A DNA stretch of 60,437 nucleotides from contig CAYTZO010000003.1 of NCBI GenBank assembly GCA_964442525.1, forward strand, positions 4,721 through 65,157, read 5' to 3'. Below are positions 1-9,006 of this stretch, one piece after another. The notes under the pieces are model-generated. The model was not told where the DNA came from. It saw only the letters and a list, made by a program, of their open reading frames with translations, and did not search any database. The DNA is from an uncultured Gammaproteobacteria bacterium (lineage in GTDB: Bacteria; Patescibacteriota; Microgenomatia; UBA10105; UBA927). Each line of letters starts with the position of its first letter. The first letter of the stretch is position 1. Position numbers and translations under genes: made by a program.

Positions 1-525
1 TCGCCGCAGTCAGGTCCGTATATCGAAAAATTATGGAGACAAGCATTTCGTACGTTCGGAATACCAAAGAAAATTAGTCCGTCTTCGATTCTTATTTTAG
101 GAATCGCCGGGGGAACGGTAATTAATCTCCTAAACTCTTGGTATCCAAAAGCAAAAATTTCTGCCGTTGATGTCGATCAAACAATGATCGGTATCGGGAA
201 AAAGTTTTTTGGACTCGGCAGGATAAAAAATCTAACAATGAAGCTCGGTGATGCGCAAGCGTTTGTTTCTGTCAAAGGCAAGAAATACGATCTTATCATT
301 GTTGATATGTCATTCGGAAGAATTATTCCGGAATTTGTAACAAGCAAAAAGTTTCTGGGTAATATCAAAGCATTAATCAGGAACAATGGGATAGTCGTTA
401 TTAACTTTTTACGTGAGAAAGAATACAAAGAAACATCGGAGCACCTTAAGCACGTTCTTATGGATTTATTCGATTATGTCGGCGAAAAAGTGATATTTCT
501 CAATCGGTTTTTTATGGTAAAATAG
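1..525 (+). CDS. spermidine-synthase-like SAM-dependent methyltransferase, C-terminal part (5' end lies outside the window)
   Basis: Frame 1 is open from nt 1 (SPQSGPYIEKLW..ILILGIAGGTVINLL..AVDVDQTMI..DLIIVDM). It has a Gly-rich SAM motif and acidic motifs of the spermidine-synthase fold. Track ORF 184..525 is the in-frame tail. Confidence 0.6.
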   Translation, partial: SPQSGPYIEKLWRQAFRTFGIPKKISPSSILILGIAGGTVINLLNSWYPKAKISAVDVDQTMIGIGKKFFGLGRIKNLTMKLGDAQAFVSVKGKKYDLIIVDMSFGRIIPEFVTSKKFLGNIKALIRNNGIVVINFLREKEYKETSEHLKHVLMDLFDYVGEKVIFLNRFFMVK

Positions 526-529
526 GGAT

Positions 530-3226
530 ATGTTCAAGTTCCTCACGAAGTTCCTCGATAGTAACGCGAAGGAAGTTACAAGGCTCCGCGGTATCGTAGA
601 AAGAATAAACGGATTTGAGTCGGATTTCCGAAAGCTCAAAGACGCGGATTTTGCCGAAAAAACAGCGGAATTCCGGTCACGGTTGAGTTCCGGCGCCAGC
701 CTCGATGATTTTACTGCTAACGCATATGCCCTTGTGCGGGAAGCAGCAAGCCGAACGATCGGCGAGCGGCACTACGACGTGCAGATGATCGCGGCGATTG
801 CACTCCACGAGGGCAAAGTTGCCGAGCAAAAAACAGGAGAAGGAAAAACGCTCTCCGCGACACCCGCCCTTTACCTTAATGCCCTCAGCGGCCGCGGCGC
901 GCATCTTGTGACCGTGAACGATTATCTTGCCCGCAGAGACGCCGGCTGGATGGGGCCGATTTATCATCTCTTAGGAATCAAGGTCGCTGCCATTATTAAC
1001 GACCAGTCATTTATCTATGATCCGGAATTTGATGACCCAACAGCTGTTGACTGGCGTCTCAAACACCTGCGTCCGATCAGTCGCAAAGAGGCATACTCTG
1101 CAGACATCACCTACGGCATAAACAGCGAATTCGGATTTGATTACCTGCGCGATAACATGGCAAGCGACATGAGTCAGCTTGTGCAGCGCGAGTATCATTA
1201 CGCCATTATTGATGAAGTAGACTCCATTCTCGTTGATGAGGCGCGCACGCCTCACATTATCTCCGCTCCTGCGGCTGAGGCGACGCATAAATATTACGAT
1301 TATGCCAAACTCGTTGAAAAGCTCACATCCGAAATTGATTACGTCATTGATGAAAAACTCCGTACTGCACACCTGACAGACCACGGCATTCTCAAAATAG
1401 AGAAGATGATGGGGCTAGGCAATATTTATGAAACCGATTTTGAAACAGTCCACCACATCGAAGCGGCACTCAAGGCCAGGACACTGTATCACAGAGAAAA
1501 AGATTACATAGTGAAAGATAATCAGGTGATCATTGTTGATGAGTTTACAGGCCGGCTTCTGGTTGGTCGCCGTTTTAGCGAAGGCATTCATCAGGCGATT
1601 GAAGCCAAAGAAGGAGTTCCCATCCAGCAGGAGAGTAAGACGTTAGCGACTGTTTCCTTACAGAATTACTTCCGTATGTACGAAAAACTTGCCGGCATGA
1701 CAGGTACCGCCGCAACGGAAGCAGAAGAGTTTAAGAAGATTTATAACCTTGATGTTGTCATGATCCCGACCCATAAGACGATGGTCAGGACGGATTTTGC
1801 CGATAGCGTCTATAAAACAACACGGGCAAAGTACGCGGCGGTGGTAGCTGACATCATTGAACACCATAAAAAGGGGCAGCCGGTGCTCGTGGGCACGACG
1901 TCGATTGAAAAAAACGAGATTATCAGCCAGTTTCTCAAGCGCAAAGGTGTGCCGCATAACGTACTTAACGCGAAAAATCATCTCCGAGAAGCCATGATTA
2001 TTGCGGACGCAGGAAAGGCTGGTCAGGTGACGGTGGCAACGAACATGGCAGGACGGGGAGTTGATATCATCCTTGGCGGAAGTAAAAAAGAAAAGTGGGA
2101 GTTTGAAGCGGAAAAAGACTGGGCTCGGGACATGAAGGAGTGGGAGAAGCGGCATGAAGAAGTCATCAAAGCCGGAGGCCTCCATGTTATTGGTACGGAG
2201 CGGCATGAATCACGAAGAATTGATAACCAGCTTCGGGGTCGGAGCGGCCGGCAGGGAGACCCGGGATCAAGCAGGTTTTACGTTTCCCTTGAAGACGACA
2301 TTATGAAACTGTTCGGCGGCGATCAGGTCGCCCGGCTTATGACGGTGTTTAAGATGCCCGAAGACGTGCCGCTCGAGCACCCGATGGTATCGCGGGCCAT
2401 CGAGCAGGCGCAGGTGAAAGTTGAAGGATTTCATTTTGATTCCCGTAAACACCTGGTGGAATACGACGACGTCCTCAATAAACACAGGGAAATTATTTAC
2501 AAACTTCGCCGCAAGATTCTGGAAGGAGAAAATCAAAAAGATACAATTCTCCAGAAAATTGCCTCGGAAGTCACAAATCTCGTCGGTATTTACTCAACAG
2601 AAAAAAACGAGAGTCCGGACCGAGTAAAAATTGTTACGGAATTTATCTCAATCATTCCCTTTGACGAGGCTTCCCAAAAACAATTGACTACCCAGCTTGA
2701 ACAATTACATGGGACAGCCGAAATGACCGATTTTCTCGTAAAACTCGCCTCGGATATGTATAACGTCCGGGAGGGTCAGGTGACTGGGGAAGTTATGCGG
2801 CAAATCGAACGATGGGTGAGCCTCCAGGTCATTGACAATCTTTGGATGGAACACCTGGATGCCATTGACGACCTGCGGGAAGGGATTGGGCTACGCGGTT
2901 ACGGACAGCGCGACCCCTTGGTCGAATACAAAAATGAGGCATTTTCCATGTTCGAACGGCTCATGGCATCCATTGACCGTGAAATCGTCCACAGGATCTT
3001 TAAAATTCAGGTACAAATGGCTCCGCCGGTCATGCCGCAAGGGCCTGTCTCTGTTGTCGGCCCATCGGTTGCTCCACCCATTCCTCAATCACGACCCATG
3101 CAAACCAATGCACCTGCTTCTGCCGTTGCACAACCTTCAGTCAAACACAAGCTCGGCCGTAATGACCCCTGTTGGTGCGGAAGCGGCAAAAAATGGAAGC
3201 GCTGTCATTATCCCCAGTTGGGATGA
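530..3226 (+). CDS. secA: preprotein translocase ATPase SecA
   Basis: 898 aa with a DEAD-like motor (MIAAIALHEGKVAEQKTGEGKT, IIDEVDSILVDEARTP, TNMAGRGVDI). C-terminal Zn-finger CWCGSGKKWKRCH. AGGGA Shine-Dalgarno site upstream. Confidence 0.97.
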   Translation: MFKFLTKFLDSNAKEVTRLRGIVERINGFESDFRKLKDADFAEKTAEFRSRLSSGASLDDFTANAYALVREAASRTIGERHYDVQMIAAIALHEGKVAEQKTGEGKTLSATPALYLNALSGRGAHLVTVNDYLARRDAGWMGPIYHLLGIKVAAIINDQSFIYDPEFDDPTAVDWRLKHLRPISRKEAYSADITYGINSEFGFDYLRDNMASDMSQLVQREYHYAIIDEVDSILVDEARTPHIISAPAAEATHKYYDYAKLVEKLTSEIDYVIDEKLRTAHLTDHGILKIEKMMGLGNIYETDFETVHHIEAALKARTLYHREKDYIVKDNQVIIVDEFTGRLLVGRRFSEGIHQAIEAKEGVPIQQESKTLATVSLQNYFRMYEKLAGMTGTAATEAEEFKKIYNLDVVMIPTHKTMVRTDFADSVYKTTRAKYAAVVADIIEHHKKGQPVLVGTTSIEKNEIISQFLKRKGVPHNVLNAKNHLREAMIIADAGKAGQVTVATNMAGRGVDIILGGSKKEKWEFEAEKDWARDMKEWEKRHEEVIKAGGLHVIGTERHESRRIDNQLRGRSGRQGDPGSSRFYVSLEDDIMKLFGGDQVARLMTVFKMPEDVPLEHPMVSRAIEQAQVKVEGFHFDSRKHLVEYDDVLNKHREIIYKLRRKILEGENQKDTILQKIASEVTNLVGIYSTEKNESPDRVKIVTEFISIIPFDEASQKQLTTQLEQLHGTAEMTDFLVKLASDMYNVREGQVTGEVMRQIERWVSLQVIDNLWMEHLDAIDDLREGIGLRGYGQRDPLVEYKNEAFSMFERLMASIDREIVHRIFKIQVQMAPPVMPQGPVSVVGPSVAPPIPQSRPMQTNAPASAVAQPSVKHKLGRNDPCWCGSGKKWKRCHYPQLG

Positions 3227-3299
3227 AAAGTGTTGCCATCCTGAGTAAGGCCGAAGTATGGGAGAAGTGCCATTACCGCAACCCGAGTAGTTGACAAAC

Positions 3300-3318
3300 G
3301 TAATACATTTGTAATACA
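3300..3318 (+). promoter_or_regulatory. direct repeat GTAATACA x2 with 11-bp phasing, next to a TTGACA box (3291-3296); candidate operator/promoter of the brnTA module
   Basis: GTAATACA occurs at 3300-3307 and 3311-3318, immediately upstream of the brnT ATG (3321). A TTGACA hexamer lies just upstream. Confidence 0.3.
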
Positions 3319-3320
3319 AT

Positions 3321-3616
3321 ATGACAAGAATCAAAGTTAAGAAGTTTGTATGGGATGAATGGAACATTGAACACATTAGGAAGCATAACGTCACTCAGTT
3401 TAGAAATTATTGTTAGTATTCGGAATATCGCCTATCAGACGAACACATAGCGAACGATATTTGACTGTTGGGAGATCAGGAAAAAGAATTATTACTGTGA
3501 TAGTAAGGAGAGAAAGTCCGACGACATATTATATCGTGACTGCACGAGATGCGAATAAGAAAGAAAGGAGAGATGTGTATGAAAAAGAACGGAAAATCAA
3601 GAATACCAAAATTTAA
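3321..3616 (+). pseudogene. brnT: BrnT-like (DUF497) ribonuclease toxin, disrupted by a frameshift near 3401-3404
   Basis: The N-terminal part MTRIKVKKFVWDEWNIEHIRKHNVTQF (3321-3401) runs into a stop at 3414-3416. The remainder (K)LLLVFGISPIRRTHSERYLTVGRSGKRIITVIVRRESPTTYYIVTARDANKKERRDVY continues in another frame to 3616. Joined, the two parts give a colinear DUF497 pattern (F.WD..N..KH.V ... VF ... HS..E.R ... G.. ..I.V.. .. ..I.TAR.A...ER..Y). Confidence 0.6.
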
Positions 3617-3851
3617 ATCACTCGAAGAGGAAGCAAAATTTTGGGACATGCATAGCGTAACGGATTTTGAGGATGAGACAGAGGATGTTGAAATTGTTCT
3701 CGACTTGGCAAAGCCGAGGACAGATACGCTTGTTTTGCGTATTCAAAAAAAGTTGAAAGACCAGCTGAGTAAAGTCGCAAAAAAGAAAGGATTGAACGCC
3801 TCAACGCTTGCCCGTATCTGGATTGCCGAAAAACTCCAGCATTCTCTCTAG
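3579..3851 (+). CDS. brnA: BrnA-like antitoxin (N-terminal BrnA region plus C-terminal RHH/CopG-like region)
   Basis: MKKNGKSRIPKFKSLEEEAKFWDMHSVTDF..LRIQKKLKDQLSKVAKKKGLNASTLARIWIAEKL. AAGGAG SD at 3565-3570, 8 nt before ATG 3579. The gene follows the toxin, as in brnTA operons. Alternative starts at 3549 and 3573. Confidence 0.65.
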   Translation: MKKNGKSRIPKFKSLEEEAKFWDMHSVTDFEDETEDVEIVLDLAKPRTDTLVLRIQKKLKDQLSKVAKKKGLNASTLARIWIAEKLQHSL

Positions 3852-3899
3852 GCTTTTTCTCAGGTTTTTCTCAGATTTGGACTATAATATAGACCTGTC

Positions 3900-4577
3900 A
3901 TGAGGATTCTTATCGTTGAGGATGAGCATAAGATCGCGGGTTCCATAAAACGCGGGCTCGAGCAGGAGTCATTTGCGGTGGACGTGGCATATGAAGGGAC
4001 GACCGGTTATGATCTTGCTTCAACAGAGGAATATGATCTTATCATTCTCGATATTCTTCTTCCCGGCATTGACGGCGTTGAAATTTGTTCAAAACTCAGA
4101 AAGCAGCAGATTCATACGCCAATTCTCATCCTAACCGCCAAGGGACAGGTACAGGATAAGGTGGCCGGTCTCAATGCCGGTGCGGATGATTACATGACCA
4201 AGCCGTTTGCATTTGAGGAACTCGTGGCAAGAGTGCGGGCGCTTGCCAGACGGCCAAAAGGGTCAGTCGGGTCGGTCTTCAAGGTTGGTGATCTGACCTT
4301 AAACACGTTAACGTACGAAGTAAAACGTGGAAAAACTACTATTGCTCTTTCCAGCAAAGAATTTGCACTCCTTGAGTACCTCATGCGGCACCAGAATCAG
4401 GTACTTACCAAAGAGCAGATCATCGGTCATGTTTGGGATTATGATGCGGACATTCTTCCCAATACCGTGGAAGTCTATATTGGTTATCTCCGGACAAAAA
4501 TAGACAAACCATTTCCCAAAAGCCATACGCTTCTCAGAACGGTTCGGGGATTCGGATACACGATCGGAGGAAGCTAG
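3900..4577 (+). CDS. OmpR-family response regulator
   Basis: Receiver domain (ILIVEDE..DLIILDILLPGIDG..LTAKG) followed by a winged-helix trans_reg_C domain (LTLNTLTYEV..LSSKEFALLEYLM..VRGFGY). Confidence 0.95.
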   Translation: MRILIVEDEHKIAGSIKRGLEQESFAVDVAYEGTTGYDLASTEEYDLIILDILLPGIDGVEICSKLRKQQIHTPILILTAKGQVQDKVAGLNAGADDYMTKPFAFEELVARVRALARRPKGSVGSVFKVGDLTLNTLTYEVKRGKTTIALSSKEFALLEYLMRHQNQVLTKEQIIGHVWDYDADILPNTVEVYIGYLRTKIDKPFPKSHTLLRTVRGFGYTIGGS

Positions 4578-4579
4578 AT

Positions 4580-5584
4580 ATGTTTCAAAGTGCACGCCTC
4601 AAACTTACTGCCTGGTATCTTCTCATCATCATGTTCATTAGTATTTCATTTAGCGTAGTTATTTACCGGGGGCTAACGGAAGAACTCCACAGAGTGGAGA
4701 GAGTTCAGCGGCTGCGGCAAATGTTTTATGCACAGGGACTCGGAGTTCAAAATCCAAATTTTCGTTTAGATCCGGGGGTTTTGCGGGAATCGGAACGACG
4801 GATCCGATTGGCGCTTATTTCCATTAACCTCATCATTCTTGGGGTATCTGGCGCGGCAGGATATTTTTTAGCAGGAAGAACGCTCAGACCGATTAAAGTA
4901 ATGGTTGAAGAACAAAACAGGTTTATCACCGATGCATCTCACGAACTCCGTACGCCACTTACGTCGCTTAAGTCCGAAATTGAAGTCGGTCTTCGAAATA
5001 AAAATTTTACGATATCTGAGGCAAAAAAACTCCTGGAAAGCAATTTGGAAGAAGTCAATAGTCTTCAGGCATTATCCGATGACCTCATTCGACTCGCGCA
5101 GTATAAAGGCTATAACGGCGTCGTCATGATACGCATGCCACTCTCTCTCATTCTTGAAAAAGCAATTGCAAAAGTAATTCCCCTGGCGCGGCGGAAGCAT
5201 ATTGCAATCCGCAACAATACTCGTCCGTACACAATACGCGCAAACAAACAGGCGCTCATTGAGCTTTTTGTAATTCTTCTGGATAATGCGATTAAATACA
5301 GTCCGTCCAAGTCGACGATCACAATTGCCGGTGATAAAAAAGACGGAACTATCCGCATTCATGTAACCGATCAGGGCATGGGGATCGATCAGAAGGACCT
5401 GCCGCACATTTTTGATCGATTCTATCGCGCAGATAAATCCCGCACAAAAACAGGCATTGCCGGGTATGGCTTGGGACTGTCGATCGCAAGGCAGATAGCA
5501 GAGAGACACAACGGAGCAATAAAAGTCACAAGTACGCTTCAAAAAGGGAGCACATTTACCGTCGAACTACGGGCCAGCACGTAA
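4580..5584 (+). CDS. sensor histidine kinase with two TM helices and a short extracytoplasmic loop
   Basis: H-box FITDASHELRTPLT, N-box LLDNAIKYS, G-boxes DQGMGI and GYGLGLSIA. The start lies 2 nt after the regulator stop. Confidence 0.9.
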   Translation: MFQSARLKLTAWYLLIIMFISISFSVVIYRGLTEELHRVERVQRLRQMFYAQGLGVQNPNFRLDPGVLRESERRIRLALISINLIILGVSGAAGYFLAGRTLRPIKVMVEEQNRFITDASHELRTPLTSLKSEIEVGLRNKNFTISEAKKLLESNLEEVNSLQALSDDLIRLAQYKGYNGVVMIRMPLSLILEKAIAKVIPLARRKHIAIRNNTRPYTIRANKQALIELFVILLDNAIKYSPSKSTITIAGDKKDGTIRIHVTDQGMGIDQKDLPHIFDRFYRADKSRTKTGIAGYGLGLSIARQIAERHNGAIKVTSTLQKGSTFTVELRAST

Positions 5585-5636
5585 CCGGCGGGTGGCACGG
5601 TTGACTTTTTTGGCCGTGAGTGCAAAAAAATATACT

Positions 5637-6440
5637 ATGAATTACAAAAAAAATATTATCAGCGTAAAAAATCTCATCAAGAAATTTAGGGATTTTACGG
5701 CGGTAAACAATATAACATTTGACGTCGGCCGCGGCGAAATATTTGCTTTTCTTGGGCCGAATGGTGCAGGAAAAACGACAACAATAAAAATGCTTACAAC
5801 GCTTCTTGCTCCGACGTCCGGAGAAATACTGCTCAATGGCTTTGATCCCGCTCGTAATAAAGACGGAGTACGAAAGTCATTTGGCATCGTTTTTCAGGAT
5901 CCGAGTCTGGATGATGATTTAACGGCATGGGAAAACATGCAATTTCATGCTCTCCTCTACAGCGTTTCCCCGGAAATGCGAAATGCGCGCATACAACAGC
6001 TTATGGAATTTGTTGAGCTTTGGGATCGGAAAAACAGTTTAGTAAAAACGTTTTCCGGCGGAATGAAAAGAAGGCTTGAGGTTGCACGCGGGCTTTTGCA
6101 TCACCCAACGATTCTTTTTCTCGATGAGCCAACGCTTGGTCTTGACCCGCAGACGCGAAATCATATGTGGAATTATCTTCGGGGAATTAACGAAAAAGAA
6201 CACATGACGATATTTTTTACTACGCACTACATGGAAGAAGCGCAGAAAGTGGCAAACCGTATTGCGATCATTGATCGCGGAAGAATCGTAGCGATCGGAT
6301 CGCTCGACGCATTAAAAAATCAAACGAAAACAGCCACCCTCGAGGGAGCATACCTTGCGCTTACCGGTCATGCCATACGAGATGAAGAAGCCAGTAGTCT
6401 CGACCATATGCGCATGACAAGAAAAATGTGGAGGCACTGA
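5637..6440 (+). CDS. ABC transporter ATP-binding protein (ABC-2/DrrA-like)
   Basis: Walker A GPNGAGKTT, signature FSGGMKRRL, Walker B ILFLDEPT. The track ORF starts at GTG 5592; ATG 5637 (MNYKKNIISVKNL) fits family N-termini better. Confidence 0.9.
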   Translation: MNYKKNIISVKNLIKKFRDFTAVNNITFDVGRGEIFAFLGPNGAGKTTTIKMLTTLLAPTSGEILLNGFDPARNKDGVRKSFGIVFQDPSLDDDLTAWENMQFHALLYSVSPEMRNARIQQLMEFVELWDRKNSLVKTFSGGMKRRLEVARGLLHHPTILFLDEPTLGLDPQTRNHMWNYLRGINEKEHMTIFFTTHYMEEAQKVANRIAIIDRGRIVAIGSLDALKNQTKTATLEGAYLALTGHAIRDEEASSLDHMRMTRKMWRH

Positions 6441-6442
6441 TT

Positions 6443-7189
6443 ATGAATACTGTCTATATTTTGTGGTTGCGGCAAGTGAAAAAATATTTCCGTTCCCGCT
6501 CAAGGATTATCGGATCTCTCGGTCAACCGCTCCTTTTTCTTTTATCGTTTGGTTTTGGCTTTGGTTCCGTCTATTATCGCGCGGAAGGAGGCAGTTACAT
6601 GCAGTTTTTGGCGCCGGGAATTATCGCGATGGCCGTACTTTTTACTGCAATATTTTCCGGCATTGACCTTATTTGGGACCGGCAGTTTGGATTTCTCAAA
6701 GAAACCATGGTCGCGCCGGTCTCTCGGCTCTCTATTATGTCCGGGAAAACTTTGGGGGGAGCGACGGTTGCCAGTGTCCAGGGAATTATCGTATTTGTTC
6801 TCACGCTTTTTGTGGGATTCCGCCCTATTACTCCGTGGCTTTTACCTGCCGCTTTTCTGTTTGTGTTTATTATTGCGCTTCTTTTTACGGCCCTCGGCAT
6901 TGCCATTGCAAGCATCCTTGAGGACATGCAGGGATTTCAACTTATTATGAATTTTCTCGTCATGCCGATATTCTTCCTCTCCGGAGCGCTTTTCCCTTTG
7001 AAAGGGTTGCCAGGCATCATGGAGACGATTACGAAAGTAGACCCGTTGGCATACGGCGTTGACGGCATCCGGGCTGCACTTATCGGACAGTCAAGTTTTG
7101 GCATACCTGTGGATTTGCTTATACTTTCTCTTATAACGCTTGTCCTTCTTGGCATTGGAAGTTATCTTTTTGAGCGAATAGAAGCGTAA
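6443..7189 (+). CDS. ABC-2 type transporter permease
   Basis: Six predicted TM helices with an ABC-2 pattern (LWLRQVKKYFRSRSRIIGSL..FLAPGI..FGFLKETMVAP). ATG 6443 lies just after the ATPase stop. Confidence 0.85.
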   Translation: MNTVYILWLRQVKKYFRSRSRIIGSLGQPLLFLLSFGFGFGSVYYRAEGGSYMQFLAPGIIAMAVLFTAIFSGIDLIWDRQFGFLKETMVAPVSRLSIMSGKTLGGATVASVQGIIVFVLTLFVGFRPITPWLLPAAFLFVFIIALLFTALGIAIASILEDMQGFQLIMNFLVMPIFFLSGALFPLKGLPGIMETITKVDPLAYGVDGIRAALIGQSSFGIPVDLLILSLITLVLLGIGSYLFERIEA

Positions 7190-7301
7190 TGAATACCTGC
7201 GATAAACAGAAAATATTTTTTACTCTTTACCCAGCCGCAGCTATCCGATTCAAAAATATGCACCTGTTATTAAAGAAGATTTCCAGAAGCTTCGACAGTT
7301 G

Positions 7302-7330
7302 TTGAATTGACGAATGTAGCCTGTCATAAT
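7302..7330 (+). promoter_or_regulatory. candidate sigma70-type promoter: TTGAAT, 17-nt spacer, TGT-CATAAT (extended -10)
   Basis: -35 at 7302-7307. Extended -10 at 7322-7330. Nine nt separate the -10 from ATG 7340, with no SD between. Confidence 0.4.
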
Positions 7331-7339
7331 ACATTCGCA

Positions 7340-7795
7340 ATGGAAAGAGTACTAACGTTTCTTAAGTCACAGAAGCTCATGGCTATTGCTTGCCATGACA
7401 GCGAGGTAATATGGATAGCGAATGTATATTTTGGCGTGGATGAAAAAGGCCTGATCTATTTTGTTAGTCCTGCAAATAATAAACACAGTGGAATGATTCT
7501 TAAAAATCCGAACATTGCTTTTTCTGTTGCCTGGTTTGATCCCACAAATCACGCAAATAGAAAAGCTGTGCAAGGCCTCGGTATATGTCGACCCGCACAA
7601 AATGAAGATGAAATTAAGATTGGAGTTTCACTTCATAATTTGAATTTTCCTGAGTTTAAGAAAAGGATTACTATCGATTGGATCCACACAAATGAATGGG
7701 GTTCAAAAATTTGGGTACTAAGACCCACATATATAAAATATTGGGATGATGAACTTTATGGAGATAAGGAAACTGAAGAGTTTACGATAGAATAA
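7340..7795 (+). CDS. pyridoxamine 5'-phosphate oxidase-like FMN-binding protein
   Basis: MERVLTFLKSQKLMAIACHD..IWIANVYFGVDEKGLIYFVSPANNKHSGMILKNPNIAFSV resembles the PNPOx/general-stress-26 split-barrel fold. Assignment is by pattern only. Confidence 0.5.
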   Translation: MERVLTFLKSQKLMAIACHDSEVIWIANVYFGVDEKGLIYFVSPANNKHSGMILKNPNIAFSVAWFDPTNHANRKAVQGLGICRPAQNEDEIKIGVSLHNLNFPEFKKRITIDWIHTNEWGSKIWVLRPTYIKYWDDELYGDKETEEFTIE

Positions 7796-7800
7796 CCTTT

Positions 7801-9006
7801 TTATTCGTATCGAATTGCCTCGATGGGGGAGAGGTCTGCGGCTTTTTTGGCAGGGAAAACACCGAAGAGTATGCCAATCGCCGAGGAAACACCGAGGGAA
7901 AGGGCTACCGATGCCAAGTCTATATACGCAGGAAATACGCGCTGTATAAATAGTGTTGCTATCCACGCAAGGAAAAGCCCCATGAGACCACCGAAGAGAG
8001 ACAGAATCACGGCCTCGATGAGAAATTGAGAAAGAATATCGATTTTTCGGGCTCCTATTGCCCGCCGTATGCCGATTTCCTTCGTGCGCTCAGCCGCAGT
8101 GACAAACATGATATTCATAATGCCTATGCCGCCGACCAGAAGCGAAATAGCTGCAATGGCAACAAGAACAAGATTGAGGATACTAAAAATCGACGAAATG
8201 GCACTGATCAGCTCAGCCTGCTGTATGACGGAAAAGTCGTCCGGTTTATATCGCTTGGCGAGTTCTTGCTCCACCTTTTTTTGGACAGAGGAAAGATCAC
8301 TACCGTTATCGACTTTTACGATAAGGGCAACAAATTTTTTGTCCGGATTAAATACCTGAGCGCTGGTATAGGGTGCGTAGACGAAAGAGTCGAGATCGGG
8401 CCCTCCAAACCCTCCTCCTTTTGGCGCCAGAACGCCGATGACGCGGAAGTTTTGCCCTTCAATTTTGATGTTTTCATCAAGGGCCTTTAAACCTGTCCCG
8501 AAGAGTTTTGTCGCGATCTTTGGGCCAAGGACGGCGACTTTGGCCCGTTTTTCTCCATCGGTTTTCGTAAAAACCCTCCCTATATTTGCCTTAAAGTTTA
8601 AGCCCTCAAAAAATTCTCCTGACGTGGCATAAATATCGACGAGTTCGGTTTTTTTGCCTGCCGTGGCACTTATTGATTTGCTAAATACCGGGATGACGTA
8701 CTTGGCCTGACGGATTTTTTCAAGCGAGCGTACATCTTTTTCGTCAAACTTTATTCCTCCCAGAGCTGCGGGTCCGGTGCGAAAACTTCCGCCCTGGAGT
8801 ATTTTCCCCGGTACGACGCGCAGGAGATTTGTTCCCAAGCTTTCAAACTGGTTTTCGATATACTTTTTAAATCCCAGACCGAGCGCCATAAGAAGTACGA
8901 CGGAGAATACCCCGATGAGAATCCCGAGAGAGGTCAACAGCGTCCGCAATTTATTGCGGGAGAAATCAAAGACTGCGGATTTAATGATAAATTGCAGGTA
9001 GTTCAT
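7801..9006 (-). CDS. ABC transporter permease, MacB/FtsX-like
   Basis: 401 aa. N-terminal TM helix, large extracytoplasmic domain, then a C-terminal FtsX-type 3-TM bundle (GGIGIMNIMFVTAAERTKEIGIRRAIGA). Confidence 0.9.
   Translation of the reverse strand: MNYLQFIIKSAVFDFSRNKLRTLLTSLGILIGVFSVVLLMALGLGFKKYIENQFESLGTNLLRVVPGKILQGGSFRTGPAALGGIKFDEKDVRSLEKIRQAKYVIPVFSKSISATAGKKTELVDIYATSGEFFEGLNFKANIGRVFTKTDGEKRAKVAVLGPKIATKLFGTGLKALDENIKIEGQNFRVIGVLAPKGGGFGGPDLDSFVYAPYTSAQVFNPDKKFVALIVKVDNGSDLSSVQKKVEQELAKRYKPDDFSVIQQAELISAISSIFSILNLVLVAIAAISLLVGGIGIMNIMFVTAAERTKEIGIRRAIGARKIDILSQFLIEAVILSLFGGLMGLFLAWIATLFIQRVFPAYIDLASVALSLGVSSAIGILFGVFPAKKAADLSPIEAIRYE

Noticed and set aside
1658-2206. 182-aa minus-strand ORF inside secA
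   Set aside because: It lies entirely within the highly conserved secA coding region on the opposite strand.
7190-7301. The longest intergenic stretch, inspected for a tRNA, small RNA or riboswitch
   Set aside because: No T-loop (GTTCRANNC) or acceptor-stem complementarity and no convincing conserved structure. It contains only AT-rich sequence and lies upstream of the promoter-like elements at 7302-7330.
7790-7806. GAATA-N7-TATTC hairpin spanning the two convergent stop codons (PNPOx-like gene and MacB permease)
   Set aside because: A 5-bp AT-rich stem is too weak to call a terminator with any confidence.
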